Notes: generated by a model not told the origin, from the letters alone. DNA of 64,000 nucleotides from an uncultured Verrucomicrobia subdivision 3 bacterium (GCA_903889895.1 CAISYZ010000070.1:34368-98367), one strand, 5' to 3'; numbered from the stretch's first letter, positions 9,689 to 19,848 are shown. Program-made: numbers and translations.

Positions 9689-11506
9689 TCACGAGGCAAA
9701 TTGCAGTTCGTAAAGCTTTTGATACACGCCCTGGCGGCGGGCCAGCTCGGCGTGCGTGCCGGTCTCGACAATTTTTCCGTGGTCGAGAACCACAATCAAA
9801 TCGGCGTGCAGAATGGTCGAGAGCCGGTGCGCAATGCAAATCGTGGTGCGGCCCTTCATCAGTTCGTCGAGCGCGGATTGCACGGCACGTTCGGATTCGG
9901 TGTCGAGCGCGCTGGTGGCTTCGTCGAGGACGAGAATTGGAGCGTTTTTCAAAACGGCGCGGGCGATGGCGAGACGTTGGCGCTGGCCGCCGGAAAGGGA
10001 AACGCCTTTCTCGCCGATGATGGTGTCGAAGCCCGCCGGTTTTTGCGCAATGAACTCGGTGGCGTGCGCGTGTTGCGCGGCGGCGACTATTTCCTCTTCC
10101 TTCGCGCCAAGCCGGCCTAGTTCGATGTTCCGGCGGATGGTGTCGTTGAATAAAATGTTTTCCTGCGCGACCACCGCAATTTGATTGCGCAAATCGCGCG
10201 TTCGCACGTCGCGCAAATCCACGCCGCCGATTTTGATGGTGCCGCAATCGGGGTCGTAGAAACGGAGCAGCAGGTTGGCGAGCGTGGTCTTGCCGGAGCC
10301 GCTGGAACCCACGAGCGCAACCATCTGGCCGGCCTTGACGGTGAGGTTGATGTGCTGGAGCACCTTTTTTTCGCCGAAGCTGAAGTCCACGTTTTCGATG
10401 ACGATGTCAGCCTTGTCCGCGTGCAACATTTTCGGCGCGCCGGGTTCGGGGATGCTGTTTTCCGTGGCGAGCAGTTGGAACACGCGTTCGCTGGCGGCGC
10501 GGGCCTGATGAAGCTGGTTATGCAGCCGGGTAAGTGCTTTGACGGGCGGATAAATCATCAGGATGGCGACGACGAAGGCGCTGAAATCTTCCAGTCCGGG
10601 CCGATGTTCCTTGGGCAGGTGCAACACATAAAGAAAAACCAAGGCAATGCCGGTGGCGCCAAACAATTCCATAAGCTGGCTGGGGATTTCATTGGCGCGG
10701 ATGACGCGCATAAGCTGGCCGACGTATTTCAATGTGGTGAGCTTGAACTCCTGAATGACGGTGGCTTCGAGATTGTAGGCTTTGATGACGCGGTTGCCGG
10801 TGAAGGACTCGTGCATCAGGTTGGTGAGCGCCGCGTTGTATTCCTGCACGGCGCGCGCGGATTTGCGGACCTTGCGGCCGAAAATCACAATGGGCACAAC
10901 GCACACGGGAAACACCACCACCGAGATCAACGTCAACGTGGGCTGGATGGTCAGCAACACCATCAGCGTGAAAAAAATGGTCACCGGATCGCGCACGATG
11001 GAGGCGAAGGCGTTGCCGATGATGCCGTAAAGCACCATGGTGTCGTTCGTGATGCGGGCGATCAGATCGCCGGTGCTGGAGCGGTTGAAAAAACCGAGCG
11101 AAAGATTTTGTAGATGCCCGAAAAGCTTGGTGCGGACATCGGCGATGGCATGCATGGCCGACCAGTTGGTAAGATAAACGCTGAGGTAACCTAAGGTAAT
11201 CCGCAACAGCATCACCAGCGGAATCGCGCCGACCACCAGCACCCAGCCGGACATGGAAGTGGGCGCGTGGATGTCCGGAATCCGGTCGGCGAGCCATTGC
11301 GACAGTGGCCGGATCCAGTGCGGTGCGTCCTCGAGTTTTTTGTGCAGCGTGGTTTCATTCTTGAACGTCAATTGCATCACCACGTTGATGGTGGCGATGA
11401 GCAGGCCGTTGGTTAGACCGTAAAGCACGCCGCACAGCAGCCCGATGAAAAAACGTCCGCGATACGGATAGACAAATCCCCAGATGTTTTTCAGAAAGCC
11501 GGTCAT
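9689..11506 (-). CDS. msbA: ABC exporter with fused permease and ATPase, MsbA-like lipid A/LPS flippase
   Basis: Six-TM domain followed by an NBD with Walker A GSSGSGKTT, signature LSGGQRQR and Walker B ILVLDEATSALD. Start chosen at MTGFLKNIWGFVYPYRGRF (cat at 11504-11506). Sits next to LPS-core glycosyltransferases. Confidence 0.75.
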   Translation of the reverse strand: MTGFLKNIWGFVYPYRGRFFIGLLCGVLYGLTNGLLIATINVVMQLTFKNETTLHKKLEDAPHWIRPLSQWLADRIPDIHAPTSMSGWVLVVGAIPLVMLLRITLGYLSVYLTNWSAMHAIADVRTKLFGHLQNLSLGFFNRSSTGDLIARITNDTMVLYGIIGNAFASIVRDPVTIFFTLMVLLTIQPTLTLISVVVFPVCVVPIVIFGRKVRKSARAVQEYNAALTNLMHESFTGNRVIKAYNLEATVIQEFKLTTLKYVGQLMRVIRANEIPSQLMELFGATGIALVFLYVLHLPKEHRPGLEDFSAFVVAILMIYPPVKALTRLHNQLHQARAASERVFQLLATENSIPEPGAPKMLHADKADIVIENVDFSFGEKKVLQHINLTVKAGQMVALVGSSGSGKTTLANLLLRFYDPDCGTIKIGGVDLRDVRTRDLRNQIAVVAQENILFNDTIRRNIELGRLGAKEEEIVAAAQHAHATEFIAQKPAGFDTIIGEKGVSLSGGQRQRLAIARAVLKNAPILVLDEATSALDTESERAVQSALDELMKGRTTICIAHRLSTILHADLIVVLDHGKIVETGTHAELARRQGVYQKLYELQFAS

Positions 11507-11627
11507 CGTCTGATTTTTGCAAAAGCCGCGCAAAACAAAAGAATTTGTTTTCGCAGCCGGCGTTAAAATCTTGTTTTGGCGCGGGAAAGCCGCTTGAATT
11601 GCGCCGGCCCAATCACATGGATTCACA

Positions 11628-12452
11628 ATGACTTCGTCAGCCGCCACCGGCAAGGCCGGACTCGCCATCGTCATTCCGGTTTTCAACCAGCTTCATTACA
11701 CCCGGCAGTGCGTGGAGACACTCCACCGCGCGGGGATTGCCGACAAACAGATCATTATCATCAACAACGCCTCCACCGACGGCACAGCCGATTTTCTGGT
11801 AACGCATCCGCAAATCCACACGGTCAACAACCCGGCCAACGTCGGCTGTGGTCCGGCCTGGACGCAGGGCGCAAAACTTTCCACCGCCGAGTGGACCGTG
11901 GTGCTGAACAATGACGTGCTGGTGCCGGCCGGCTGTTTTGAAGGACTCATCAGTTTTGCTACGGAAAACAATTATGACATCGCTTGTCCCGCCCTGCGCG
12001 AGGGTGAGGCGGACTACGACTGGCAAACCCATGCCGCTGAGTTCATGCGCAAAATGCGCGATGTCCGCCGCGAAAATTCCGCGCACGGCGTCGGCTTCGC
12101 CGTTCACCGGCGCGTGTTTGCGCAAATCGGCTATTTCAACAATTACGGCGGTTACGAGGACGATGATTTTTTCCGGCGCGCGCGGCAGGCCGGTTTCCAG
12201 CTCGCCACGACCGGGCGGGCGTGGCTGCATCATTTCGGTTCCGTCACGCAGAAGAGCACCAAGTTCAAGGTTGTGATGACGCGCGAACATCGCGAGCGCT
12301 ACCGCCAAGTCGTCGGGAAAAACTGGCTGCAGCGCAAAATCCACCAGCTAAATCAGAGCCTTCGCGGTGCGCGGTGGCGGCGGTCGGAACTCCGGCGCTG
12401 GGGCAGCACCTTGCATGAGCGGCGCGTGGGTGGAGTAATTGAATATCGGTAG
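11628..12452 (+). CDS. Glycosyltransferase family 2
   Basis: LAIVIPVFNQLHYTRQCVETL...IIIINNASTDGTADFL is a typical GT2 N-terminal Rossmann signature. Divergent from msbA. Confidence 0.8.
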   Translation: MTSSAATGKAGLAIVIPVFNQLHYTRQCVETLHRAGIADKQIIIINNASTDGTADFLVTHPQIHTVNNPANVGCGPAWTQGAKLSTAEWTVVLNNDVLVPAGCFEGLISFATENNYDIACPALREGEADYDWQTHAAEFMRKMRDVRRENSAHGVGFAVHRRVFAQIGYFNNYGGYEDDDFFRRARQAGFQLATTGRAWLHHFGSVTQKSTKFKVVMTREHRERYRQVVGKNWLQRKIHQLNQSLRGARWRRSELRRWGSTLHERRVGGVIEYR

Positions 12453-12463
12453 GCCGCCGAGTT

Positions 12464-13405
12464 TCAACGCGCGACTGGCCTTAATCCCCAACCTTTCGGA
12501 CATCCCTGCGAATACCATTTGTAGAGGTGAAAATATTTCCGCAGCCGGCCTGTGAACGCCGGCAACAAAAACAGGGTCGGCACCGACAGTGCGAAATACC
12601 AAACGACGCGCAAAAAAAGCCGGTGGCGGTTTTTGCGGATTTTCGCGTCATACGATTTTTCCGGCTCGGTCTTGCGCCAGTAATAATGCTGGCTTTCGTA
12701 AAACTCCACAGCGGCGCGGAGGTGGATTGATTTGCTGCTGCCGCCGCCGTGATGAAGAACGCGCACGCGCGGCGTCCAGCGCAGGCACGCGCCGGCCTGG
12801 GCGGCGCGATGGCAAAAATCAAATTCTTCACCGTAGAAAAAGAAGCCTTCATCCATGCCGTCTAGCTTGTGCCACGTTGCACGGCGAATCACCATGAAGG
12901 CGCCGATGATCCGCGACACCGGCCGGAGTCCATCCGGTTCATTTGGGTCGGGCGCGGGACGGGACGGAAAATTAGCCGAGGTTTGGAGGGAGCCGTCGGC
13001 ATTAAGCAACTGGCCGCCAAACACGTCAATTTTTGGATGGCGGCGGAGCAAATCATCCAGCACTGGCAATGTGTCTGCCAGCAGTTCCGCATCAGAGTTC
13101 AACAACACCAGCCATTCGTTGCGGGCCACGCGCGCGCCCGCATTATTGGCGGCGGCAAAACCGCGATTGTCCGCCAACGCTAGGACGTTCAAGTTTGGAA
13201 ATTCCTTTTGCAACACCGCCGCGCTGCCGTCCGGTGAATGATTGTCCACCAAAATAATTTCATGGGGAAATTTCCCGGCATGGCGGTTGATCGAAAGCAC
13301 CGCCGCGCGGGTCAAAGCCAGCGTATTGTAGGAGACGATGATGAAGGAAAAACCCGGACTCCCCGCTGCCGGGCTATCCATTGCGGGGCCGTTATCTCTG
13401 GACAT
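12464..13405 (-). CDS. Glycosyltransferase family 2
   Basis: FSFIIVSYNTLALTRAAVLSI...IILVDNHSPDGSAAVL, with a later DAELL and a GEEFDF-type block. Confidence 0.8.
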   Translation of the reverse strand: MSRDNGPAMDSPAAGSPGFSFIIVSYNTLALTRAAVLSINRHAGKFPHEIILVDNHSPDGSAAVLQKEFPNLNVLALADNRGFAAANNAGARVARNEWLVLLNSDAELLADTLPVLDDLLRRHPKIDVFGGQLLNADGSLQTSANFPSRPAPDPNEPDGLRPVSRIIGAFMVIRRATWHKLDGMDEGFFFYGEEFDFCHRAAQAGACLRWTPRVRVLHHGGGSSKSIHLRAAVEFYESQHYYWRKTEPEKSYDAKIRKNRHRLFLRVVWYFALSVPTLFLLPAFTGRLRKYFHLYKWYSQGCPKGWGLRPVAR

Positions 13406-13459
13406 AATTCAGTTGAAAATTATCATCTGCCAACCTGAAAGGCAATCACCCGCGAACCC

Positions 13460-14254
13460 ATGAATGCAACCCCGACGCTGCCGATTTCCGTCTGCCTGAT
13501 TGCCGGCAACGAGGCCGCCCGCATCCGCCGTCCGCTGGCAAGTGTGGCCGGCTGGGCGGCGGAAATCGTCGTGCTGCTTAACGACGACGTGGCCGATGGC
13601 ACCGATCGGATTGCCGCCGAATTTGGCGCGAAGGTTTTTCGCGAGCCGTGGAAAGGTTTCGGCCCGCAGAAACAATCGCTCGCGGAAAAATGCACGCAGC
13701 CGTGGCTATTGAATCTCGACGCCGACGAAGTGGTCTCGCCGGAACTGCGCGCGGAAATCACCTGCTTGTTGGCCGACGAAAAGCGGTTGCACGCCCACGC
13801 CGCCTACGATTTTCCGCGCTGCACCTTTTGCTGCGGCCGCTGGATCCGGCACGGTGCCTGGTATCCTGACCGGCAACTTCGCTTGTGGCAACGCGGCCAG
13901 GCGCAATGGTCCGCCGCGCCGGTCCATGAAAAATTACAAGTCACAGGAACCATCGGCCGGTTGCGCGGCGAGCTGCAGCATTACACCATGGACGACCTGA
14001 ACCACCACGTCCGCAAATTAATTGAATACACCGATATTTTTGCGCGGCAGCACGCCGGGCGCAAAATCGGCGCGTGGGAGTTGGCCGTCCGTCCGGGCTG
14101 GCGTTTTGTGCGGAGCTATATTTTGCGGCGCGGCTTTCTGGACGGCTGGCAGGGCTACGCCGTGGCCTGGCTCGCCGCACAGGAGGCATTTTTGCGCTAC
14201 GCCAAAATCCGCGAGGCGCAGATGTCTGCCGCCAAAAAAAATTTCCTGACGTGA
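13460..14254 (+). CDS. Glycosyltransferase family 2 (LPS core type, WaaE/KdtX-like)
   Basis: ISVCLIAGNEAARIRRPLASV...VVLLNDDVADGTDRIA...LNLDADE. Its stop overlaps the start of the GT9 gene at 14252-14256. Confidence 0.75.
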   Translation: MNATPTLPISVCLIAGNEAARIRRPLASVAGWAAEIVVLLNDDVADGTDRIAAEFGAKVFREPWKGFGPQKQSLAEKCTQPWLLNLDADEVVSPELRAEITCLLADEKRLHAHAAYDFPRCTFCCGRWIRHGAWYPDRQLRLWQRGQAQWSAAPVHEKLQVTGTIGRLRGELQHYTMDDLNHHVRKLIEYTDIFARQHAGRKIGAWELAVRPGWRFVRSYILRRGFLDGWQGYAVAWLAAQEAFLRYAKIREAQMSAAKKNFLT

Positions 14255-15249
14255 TGACCGCGCCGCAAAACATCCTGCTCATCCGCTTGAAATCCATCGG
14301 CGACGTGGTGTTCACGCTGCCCGCCGTCAATGTCGTCCGCGATAATTTTCCGGCAGCAAAAATCAGTTTTCTCACCTCATTGGAAAATGCCCCGCTGGTG
14401 GCTGGTTTTCGTGGGCTGGACGAAATCATCCCGCTGGACCGTGCGCAATTGCGCCAGCGCAATCCTTTCAAGAGCGTTCCTCAGTTTTTCAGTCTGCTGC
14501 ATCGACTACAAAACGGACCCTTCGATTTGGTGGTAGATTTTCAAGGCTACGGCGAGACTGCCTGGCTGACGCGGCTCACCGGCGCGCACCAGCGCTGGGG
14601 CAGTATTTACCGGCCGGGCAGCCGGTGGGCTTACACGCTGGGCGTCCAGCGCGATGACAGGTTGCACCACGCGGAACGCAGTTTGGCAGTTCTTGCCGCC
14701 GGCGGTTTAAAAATCGGCGCGGTGCGTAATGATTTTTTTCTGCCTGAGGCTTCGCTCACCGAGGCCCGCGCCTGGCTGGCAGCCAACCGGCTTGACGCCG
14801 CCAAACCGCTGATTTATTTCCAGCCGTTCACCAGCACGCCGCACAAGAACTGGCCGTTTGAAAATTATCTTTCGCTCGCCCGGCACTGGCACGCGCGCGG
14901 TGTCCAGATAATAATGGGTGGCGGTCCGGCGGATCGGCCGTTTCTGGAACAAGCCCGGCAGCTTGGCTGCGTCATTCCCGAACGTCTGCCGCGCCTGACG
15001 GATGCCGGCTTGATGAAGCTGTCAACCTTGGTTATCGGCGGCGACACAGGATTTCTGCATCTGGCTGTCGCTTTGGGCAAGCGCGTAATCATGCTGGTGA
15101 ATCCGCTGGTTTCGAGCAACGCCGGCCCGTTCGGACATCCCGAATGGACCGTCGCGCCACCGCTGAATCAGCCCATTGCAAGTATTCCGCTGGAAAAAAT
15201 GATTGATACCGTCGGCGCGGCGCTGGCGGAAACCGGCTCCGGAAAATAA
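14254..15249 (+). CDS. Glycosyltransferase family 9 (heptosyltransferase-like)
   Basis: The internal start MTAPQNILLIRLKSIGDVVFTLPAV is the classic GT9 N-terminus. The C-terminal half contains GGDTGFLHLAVALG. Confidence 0.8.
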   Translation: MTAPQNILLIRLKSIGDVVFTLPAVNVVRDNFPAAKISFLTSLENAPLVAGFRGLDEIIPLDRAQLRQRNPFKSVPQFFSLLHRLQNGPFDLVVDFQGYGETAWLTRLTGAHQRWGSIYRPGSRWAYTLGVQRDDRLHHAERSLAVLAAGGLKIGAVRNDFFLPEASLTEARAWLAANRLDAAKPLIYFQPFTSTPHKNWPFENYLSLARHWHARGVQIIMGGGPADRPFLEQARQLGCVIPERLPRLTDAGLMKLSTLVIGGDTGFLHLAVALGKRVIMLVNPLVSSNAGPFGHPEWTVAPPLNQPIASIPLEKMIDTVGAALAETGSGK

Positions 15250-15250
15250 A

Positions 15251-15850
15251 ATGAAAAGTGCCATCGTTGAAGTGGAAGAAATCGTGCGGTTGCAGTCCGA
15301 TTGGACTCAACAGTGGCACGAAGCCCCGACGCCTGCCCAGACCGGCGAACCCTGGGTCGCCATTGAGAACAATCACCGGATGAATTTCGATTTGTGGCAC
15401 GCCGAGGATGCCGCGCGGCGCGACGACCTTGGCCCCGCCAGCGTGCGTGATGCCAAGCGCACCATTGACCGCTGCAACCAGGCGCGCAACGACGCCATCG
15501 AAAAATTTGATGTCTGGCTACTGGGCCAGTTCCTGCCGTTGCCAGTTGACGCGCCGCTTCATTCCGAGACACCCGGCATGATAGTGGACCGGCTGTCCAT
15601 CATGGCGCTGAAAATTTACCACATGCGCATCGAGGCGGCGCGCGAAACGGCAGACGGCGCGCAACGCGAGAAGTGCGCGCAAAAGTGCGCACTGCTGGAG
15701 GAGCAGCATGGCGATTTAAAAAACTGCCTGAAGGAGCTGCTTGCGGAACTGGCGGCGGGCACGCGGCGTTTCAAGCTGTATCGCCAGTTCAAGATGTATA
15801 ACGACGCGGCGCTCAACCCACAGCTTTACCAGCAATCCGCCAAGCGGTGA
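15251..15850 (+). CDS. DUF4254-like protein of unknown function
   Basis: ATG lies 1 nt after the GT9 stop. Blocks NFDLWHAEDAARR, NQARNDAIEKFD and ETPGMIVDRLSIMALKIYH match my recollection of DUF4254, a family often found beside heptosyltransferases. Confidence 0.55.
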   Translation: MKSAIVEVEEIVRLQSDWTQQWHEAPTPAQTGEPWVAIENNHRMNFDLWHAEDAARRDDLGPASVRDAKRTIDRCNQARNDAIEKFDVWLLGQFLPLPVDAPLHSETPGMIVDRLSIMALKIYHMRIEAARETADGAQREKCAQKCALLEEQHGDLKNCLKELLAELAAGTRRFKLYRQFKMYNDAALNPQLYQQSAKR

Positions 15851-15871
15851 AACGGTGAAAAATTTCACGAA

Positions 15872-17017
15872 TTGAAAATTGCCCTGCTCATCCGGCGATA
15901 CCTGACCACCGGCGGCGCCGAACGCTATGCCGTCGAGGTCGCGCGGCGGCTGGCGCGGCAGCACGAAGTTCACGTTTTCGCGCACGAGTTCGAAGGCGAA
16001 GCCGCCGGCAACATTTTTTTCCATCGCGTGCCGCGCCCGTTCCGCAAGCCGGCGTTCGTCAGCCAGTGGTGGTTCGCGTGGTGGACAGCGCGCCACGTCC
16101 GCGGCTTCGACGTCGTCCACACCCACGAACGCGCGCTTTGCTTCGACGTGATGCACGTCCACTCCGGCACGTTCGTCGGCGGGTTGTTCGGTGCGACGCC
16201 CGAGCAGCGGAAAAATCCGTTCCGCGTCTGGCTCAAAATCCTCACCGAACCACGCGTGCCGGCCTACTGGCTGCTAGAAAAAAAACATTACCGTCCGCAG
16301 CCGAGCCGCCGCTGGATCGCTGTTTCCCAAATGATTCAGCGCGAGGTGCAACAGTTTTATCCGATTTCCAACGACCGTTTTTCCGTGGCGCACCCCGGCA
16401 CCGATTTGCCGACAAACAATCTTGCCACCGCGCGGAAAATTTGGCGGGAAAAGTTGTCCGTGGCCGACGACGAAACGCTATTGCTATTTGTCGGCTCGGA
16501 ATTCCGGCGCAAAGGCCTCGACGCGCTCGTCGCGGCGCTGGCGCGCTTGAAAGATAAACCGGTGAAGCTGGTCGTGGTCGGGGGTGGCGATGCGGAACCT
16601 TACCGGCAACAAGCTGCCGCGTTGCAAGTTGGCGAAAAAATCCGCTGGGCCGGCTTGGTGAAAAATACTCCCGATTATTACGCCGCTGCGGACATTTTTG
16701 TTTTGCCCACGCTGTCCGACGCCGGACCGATGTCGCCGCTCGAAGCCATGGCGCACGGCTGTCCGGCGATTTTCAGTTGCGCCACCTACGCCGGCATGGC
16801 GGAGATGATAACCGACGGCGAAGCCATTTTGTTGAACGACCCGAAAGATGCGGTGGAAATTGCGGGAGCGGTGGAAAAATTGATGAATCCCGCCACGCGC
16901 GAAGAATTCATCCGCAAAGGCCGCGCGCTGGCGGAAAAACTTTCGTGGGACCGCACGGCGGCGCTGGTCGAGGCCGCGCTGGAAAAATCGGCGCGCGAAC
17001 GCGGGCTTATTCCTTGA
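15872..17017 (+). CDS. Glycosyltransferase family 4 (GT-B, WaaG-like)
   Basis: TTG start giving MKIALLIRRYLTTGGAERY. C-terminal half has FVGSEFRRKGLD...LPTLSDAGPMSPLEAMAHGCP, an E-x7-E-type block. Confidence 0.8.
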   Translation: MKIALLIRRYLTTGGAERYAVEVARRLARQHEVHVFAHEFEGEAAGNIFFHRVPRPFRKPAFVSQWWFAWWTARHVRGFDVVHTHERALCFDVMHVHSGTFVGGLFGATPEQRKNPFRVWLKILTEPRVPAYWLLEKKHYRPQPSRRWIAVSQMIQREVQQFYPISNDRFSVAHPGTDLPTNNLATARKIWREKLSVADDETLLLFVGSEFRRKGLDALVAALARLKDKPVKLVVVGGGDAEPYRQQAAALQVGEKIRWAGLVKNTPDYYAAADIFVLPTLSDAGPMSPLEAMAHGCPAIFSCATYAGMAEMITDGEAILLNDPKDAVEIAGAVEKLMNPATREEFIRKGRALAEKLSWDRTAALVEAALEKSARERGLIP

Positions 17018-17948
17018 GCCGGTTGCGGAGGCTTCTTTCTTTCAGCCGGACGAACGGCGCGGTCAGGCGATGTTCCAGCCAGCACCACGCGTAAGCCGGC
17101 AGCGAAATTTTTGGCTTGGCCTGCGCAATCAAAGGCGCGGCACGCTCGCCGTATTTTTTCCGCAGGTAATAAATTTGCTTGAACCACATCCGCGCCGTGG
17201 CATGCGCGGTGAGCCACGGCTTTGTGCGATAATCCGTGAGCAGTAGCATCTGCTCCTCGCGCGCCGCGCCGGAACGCGCGTTAGCCGCCGAGGCCTGCTG
17301 CGAATGCACGCGGAAACCGAACAGCGGCTCGGCGATGTAAGCGAAGCGGCCCTGTTCGAGCAGGTGGAACCAGAATTCCATGTCCACAATTTGCCGGTAG
17401 CGCGGATCAAAACCGCGCGCGGCCTGACGGCGGCGGAACATCACCAACGTCGGTTCGCCGAGAATATTTTTATTTTCCTCGAGGCATTTTACGATGACAT
17501 CCTTGCCGTCAAGCGTTTGGGTTTTTGGAAAATAATTCCGCACGGCGAGTGCCTGCGATTTCGAGTTGATGAGTTCCGAGGCCGCGCCGACGAGCGAAAC
17601 CGAGGCGTCGCGCTCCAGCGGCTCGAGCATTTTGGCGAACGCGGACGGATGCAGAATTCGGTCGTCCTGGTGGACGAACTTGATGAATTCACTGCGCGCG
17701 GCACGCATGACGGCGTTGTGGTTGCCGGTGAGGCCAAGGTTTTTTTCGTTCTGCCACCAGCGGATGCGGGAATCTTTCTGCGCATAGCTTTTTATAATTT
17801 CCAAGGAACCGTCGGTCGAGCCGTCGTCGGCAATCAAAATCTCAAAGTCGCGGAAATCCTGCAACAGGATCGAATCGAGGCATTCCGGCAGATAACGCGC
17901 GCTGTTGTAAACCGGAATGACGACGCTGATTTTTGGCGTTTCGCTCAT
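17007..17948 (-). CDS. Glycosyltransferase family 2
   Basis: MSETPKISVVIPVYNSARYLPECLDSILLQDFRDFEILIADDGSTDGS. ATGA overlap with the upstream GT2 gene at 17945-17948. Its 3' end overlaps the convergent GT4 gene by 11 nt. Confidence 0.85.
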   Translation of the reverse strand: MSETPKISVVIPVYNSARYLPECLDSILLQDFRDFEILIADDGSTDGSLEIIKSYAQKDSRIRWWQNEKNLGLTGNHNAVMRAARSEFIKFVHQDDRILHPSAFAKMLEPLERDASVSLVGAASELINSKSQALAVRNYFPKTQTLDGKDVIVKCLEENKNILGEPTLVMFRRRQAARGFDPRYRQIVDMEFWFHLLEQGRFAYIAEPLFGFRVHSQQASAANARSGAAREEQMLLLTDYRTKPWLTAHATARMWFKQIYYLRKKYGERAAPLIAQAKPKISLPAYAWCWLEHRLTAPFVRLKERSLRNRLKE

Positions 17949-18904
17949 GGGTGCAGCCAGCAGTAAAGTGCCGCCAGCCGCTTGCAAAGGCTGTGGCTAA
18001 ATTTTTGCCCCAGCACGCGGTGGATGAAGCGCGCGGGCCGTTTTTCAAATTGAAATTGCATGCCCCGGCCTTCGGCACAATACACCGCCAGTTCCTGCCG
18101 GGGAATGCCAAACAGCACGGGCAAGTCGGCGTGCCGCGCCACGAGCGGAAGAAATTTCCTGGTGAAATGAGCCGCGAGCCGCCCCTGATACGGTGTTAAT
18201 TTCTGGAGCATGGACTGGCCATGCACGCGATAATCGCTCAAGACCTTGGAAATGAATATACCGGAGTGTCCGGCCTGCGCCAGCTTAAGCCATAGATCAT
18301 AATCTTCCCAGCCTTGCGGCAGAAAACTCCCGTATTCGGTTGAGTAGCCGCCGTGATGCAGCACCGTTTCCCGGCGAATCATCGCCATCGCGTCGATGCA
18401 CGGCCCGCCCAGCAGTCGGTTGGTTTCCCATCCGCAATCAGACAATGTGCCCAAGCTGGCGCGGGTTGCATTATCGAAGCGGTTGATGATGCCGTAGGCC
18501 ATCGCGTGATCAGATTTTACGAGGGCCAGGTAATGTTCGCGCAAACAGTCCGGGCGGATTTCGTTGTCCGCATCCAGGATGAAAACCAGCGACGCACGGG
18601 CCAAGACCAGGCCGAGGTTGCGCGTGTCCGCCAGCCCGCTGTTGGCCTGTTTGGTGACGAGCCGGATGGGCATAGGGCTTGCCGCCATGTATTGCTCAAC
18701 CACCTTCACCGAATCATCCGTCGAGCGGTCATCCACCACCACCACTTCAAAGCCGCCCGGTAGCCCGTGGGTTTTCGAGACACTGACGCTGTCAAGACAG
18801 CTGCGGATGTAGGCCGAATAATTGTAAAGCGAAACGACCACGCTGACCGTTGGTTGCACGCAATCCTGCCCGGCCTGATTGGCAACCAACTTCCAGCTAT
18901 TCAT
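17945..18904 (-). CDS. Glycosyltransferase family 2
   Basis: VSVVVSLYNYSAYIRSCLDSV...VVVVDDRSTDDSVKVV...ILDADNE. Confidence 0.8.
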   Translation of the reverse strand: MNSWKLVANQAGQDCVQPTVSVVVSLYNYSAYIRSCLDSVSVSKTHGLPGGFEVVVVDDRSTDDSVKVVEQYMAASPMPIRLVTKQANSGLADTRNLGLVLARASLVFILDADNEIRPDCLREHYLALVKSDHAMAYGIINRFDNATRASLGTLSDCGWETNRLLGGPCIDAMAMIRRETVLHHGGYSTEYGSFLPQGWEDYDLWLKLAQAGHSGIFISKVLSDYRVHGQSMLQKLTPYQGRLAAHFTRKFLPLVARHADLPVLFGIPRQELAVYCAEGRGMQFQFEKRPARFIHRVLGQKFSHSLCKRLAALYCWLHP

Positions 18905-19110
18905 AAAAAATCCGCTCTTTCATTTTACTTCAAATGCATCCGTGCCGATTTCTTGGGAAGACGTTCACTGAACAAGCCGTCGACCCCTCGACCAAAGTAG
19001 CCGGCCAGCTTGCTTGCATGCGCAGGAAACTAATTGGCGTCCGCCTCCTTGAAAAGGAGAATATATTTTCTTGTCATCGTTAAAATAATGTTTTGAAATC
19101 AGCAGAAGGC

Positions 19111-19848
19111 ATGGCTTTGTTTTCAGATCAATTGCGGCGGAAGATTTACCGCCTGAGGCTGAAGTGTTTCAAACCGGGAAAATTCGCCAGACTCCAAAAC
19201 TCCCGTTTTCCACTGGAAGACCTTCGATGCATCTTTGTGCACATACCGAAATGTGCGGGGATTTCGGTGAGCCGAAGCCTGTTCGGCGAAAACTTTGAGT
19301 TCACCCACCTGAATCTGAAGCAATACCTGGACATTCTGGGGCCGGCGGAATTCCAAACATATTACAAATTCACGGTGGTGAGAAATCCCTATGACCGGCT
19401 GGTGTCGGCCTATTTCTTCCTGAAAAAAGGTGGAATCAACGAAGAAGATAAAAACTGGGCGGAGAAAAACCTTTCAGCGTATGACAGTTTCGACAGTTTT
19501 GTGAGAGAATGGGTCAACCAAAAAAATATCCAGACTGAGATTCATTTTTGGCCACAATGCGATTTTATCTGCCTCGAAAAGAACCAGCCGGGAGTAGATT
19601 TTATCGGCTATTACGAAAACCTTGAGGCTGATTTCCGACATGTTTGCCGGAAATTGAACAGCCATTCAACCCTGCTCGCGGTGAATCGAAATGCAACCCG
19701 TGGTAAGGATTACCGGGAATACTACACAGACGAAACCAAGGCGATTGTGGCGGATGTTTATGCCAATGACATCCGGATTTTGGGATATGATTTTGATAAT
19801 TCAAGCCTGCCAAACCAACTCAGGCTGCGCGACGGGAAAGCTGCCTAA
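19111..19848 (+). CDS. Sulfotransferase family 2-like protein (PAPS-dependent)
   Basis: 5'-PSB loop IFVHIPKCAGISVS (PKCAG at nt 19246-19260) and 3'-PB block VVRNPYDRLVSAYFF. ATG at 19111 is preceded by gaagg; the track ORF starts at TTG 19093. The gene is visibly AT-richer than its flanks. Confidence 0.7.
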   Translation: MALFSDQLRRKIYRLRLKCFKPGKFARLQNSRFPLEDLRCIFVHIPKCAGISVSRSLFGENFEFTHLNLKQYLDILGPAEFQTYYKFTVVRNPYDRLVSAYFFLKKGGINEEDKNWAEKNLSAYDSFDSFVREWVNQKNIQTEIHFWPQCDFICLEKNQPGVDFIGYYENLEADFRHVCRKLNSHSTLLAVNRNATRGKDYREYYTDETKAIVADVYANDIRILGYDFDNSSLPNQLRLRDGKAA

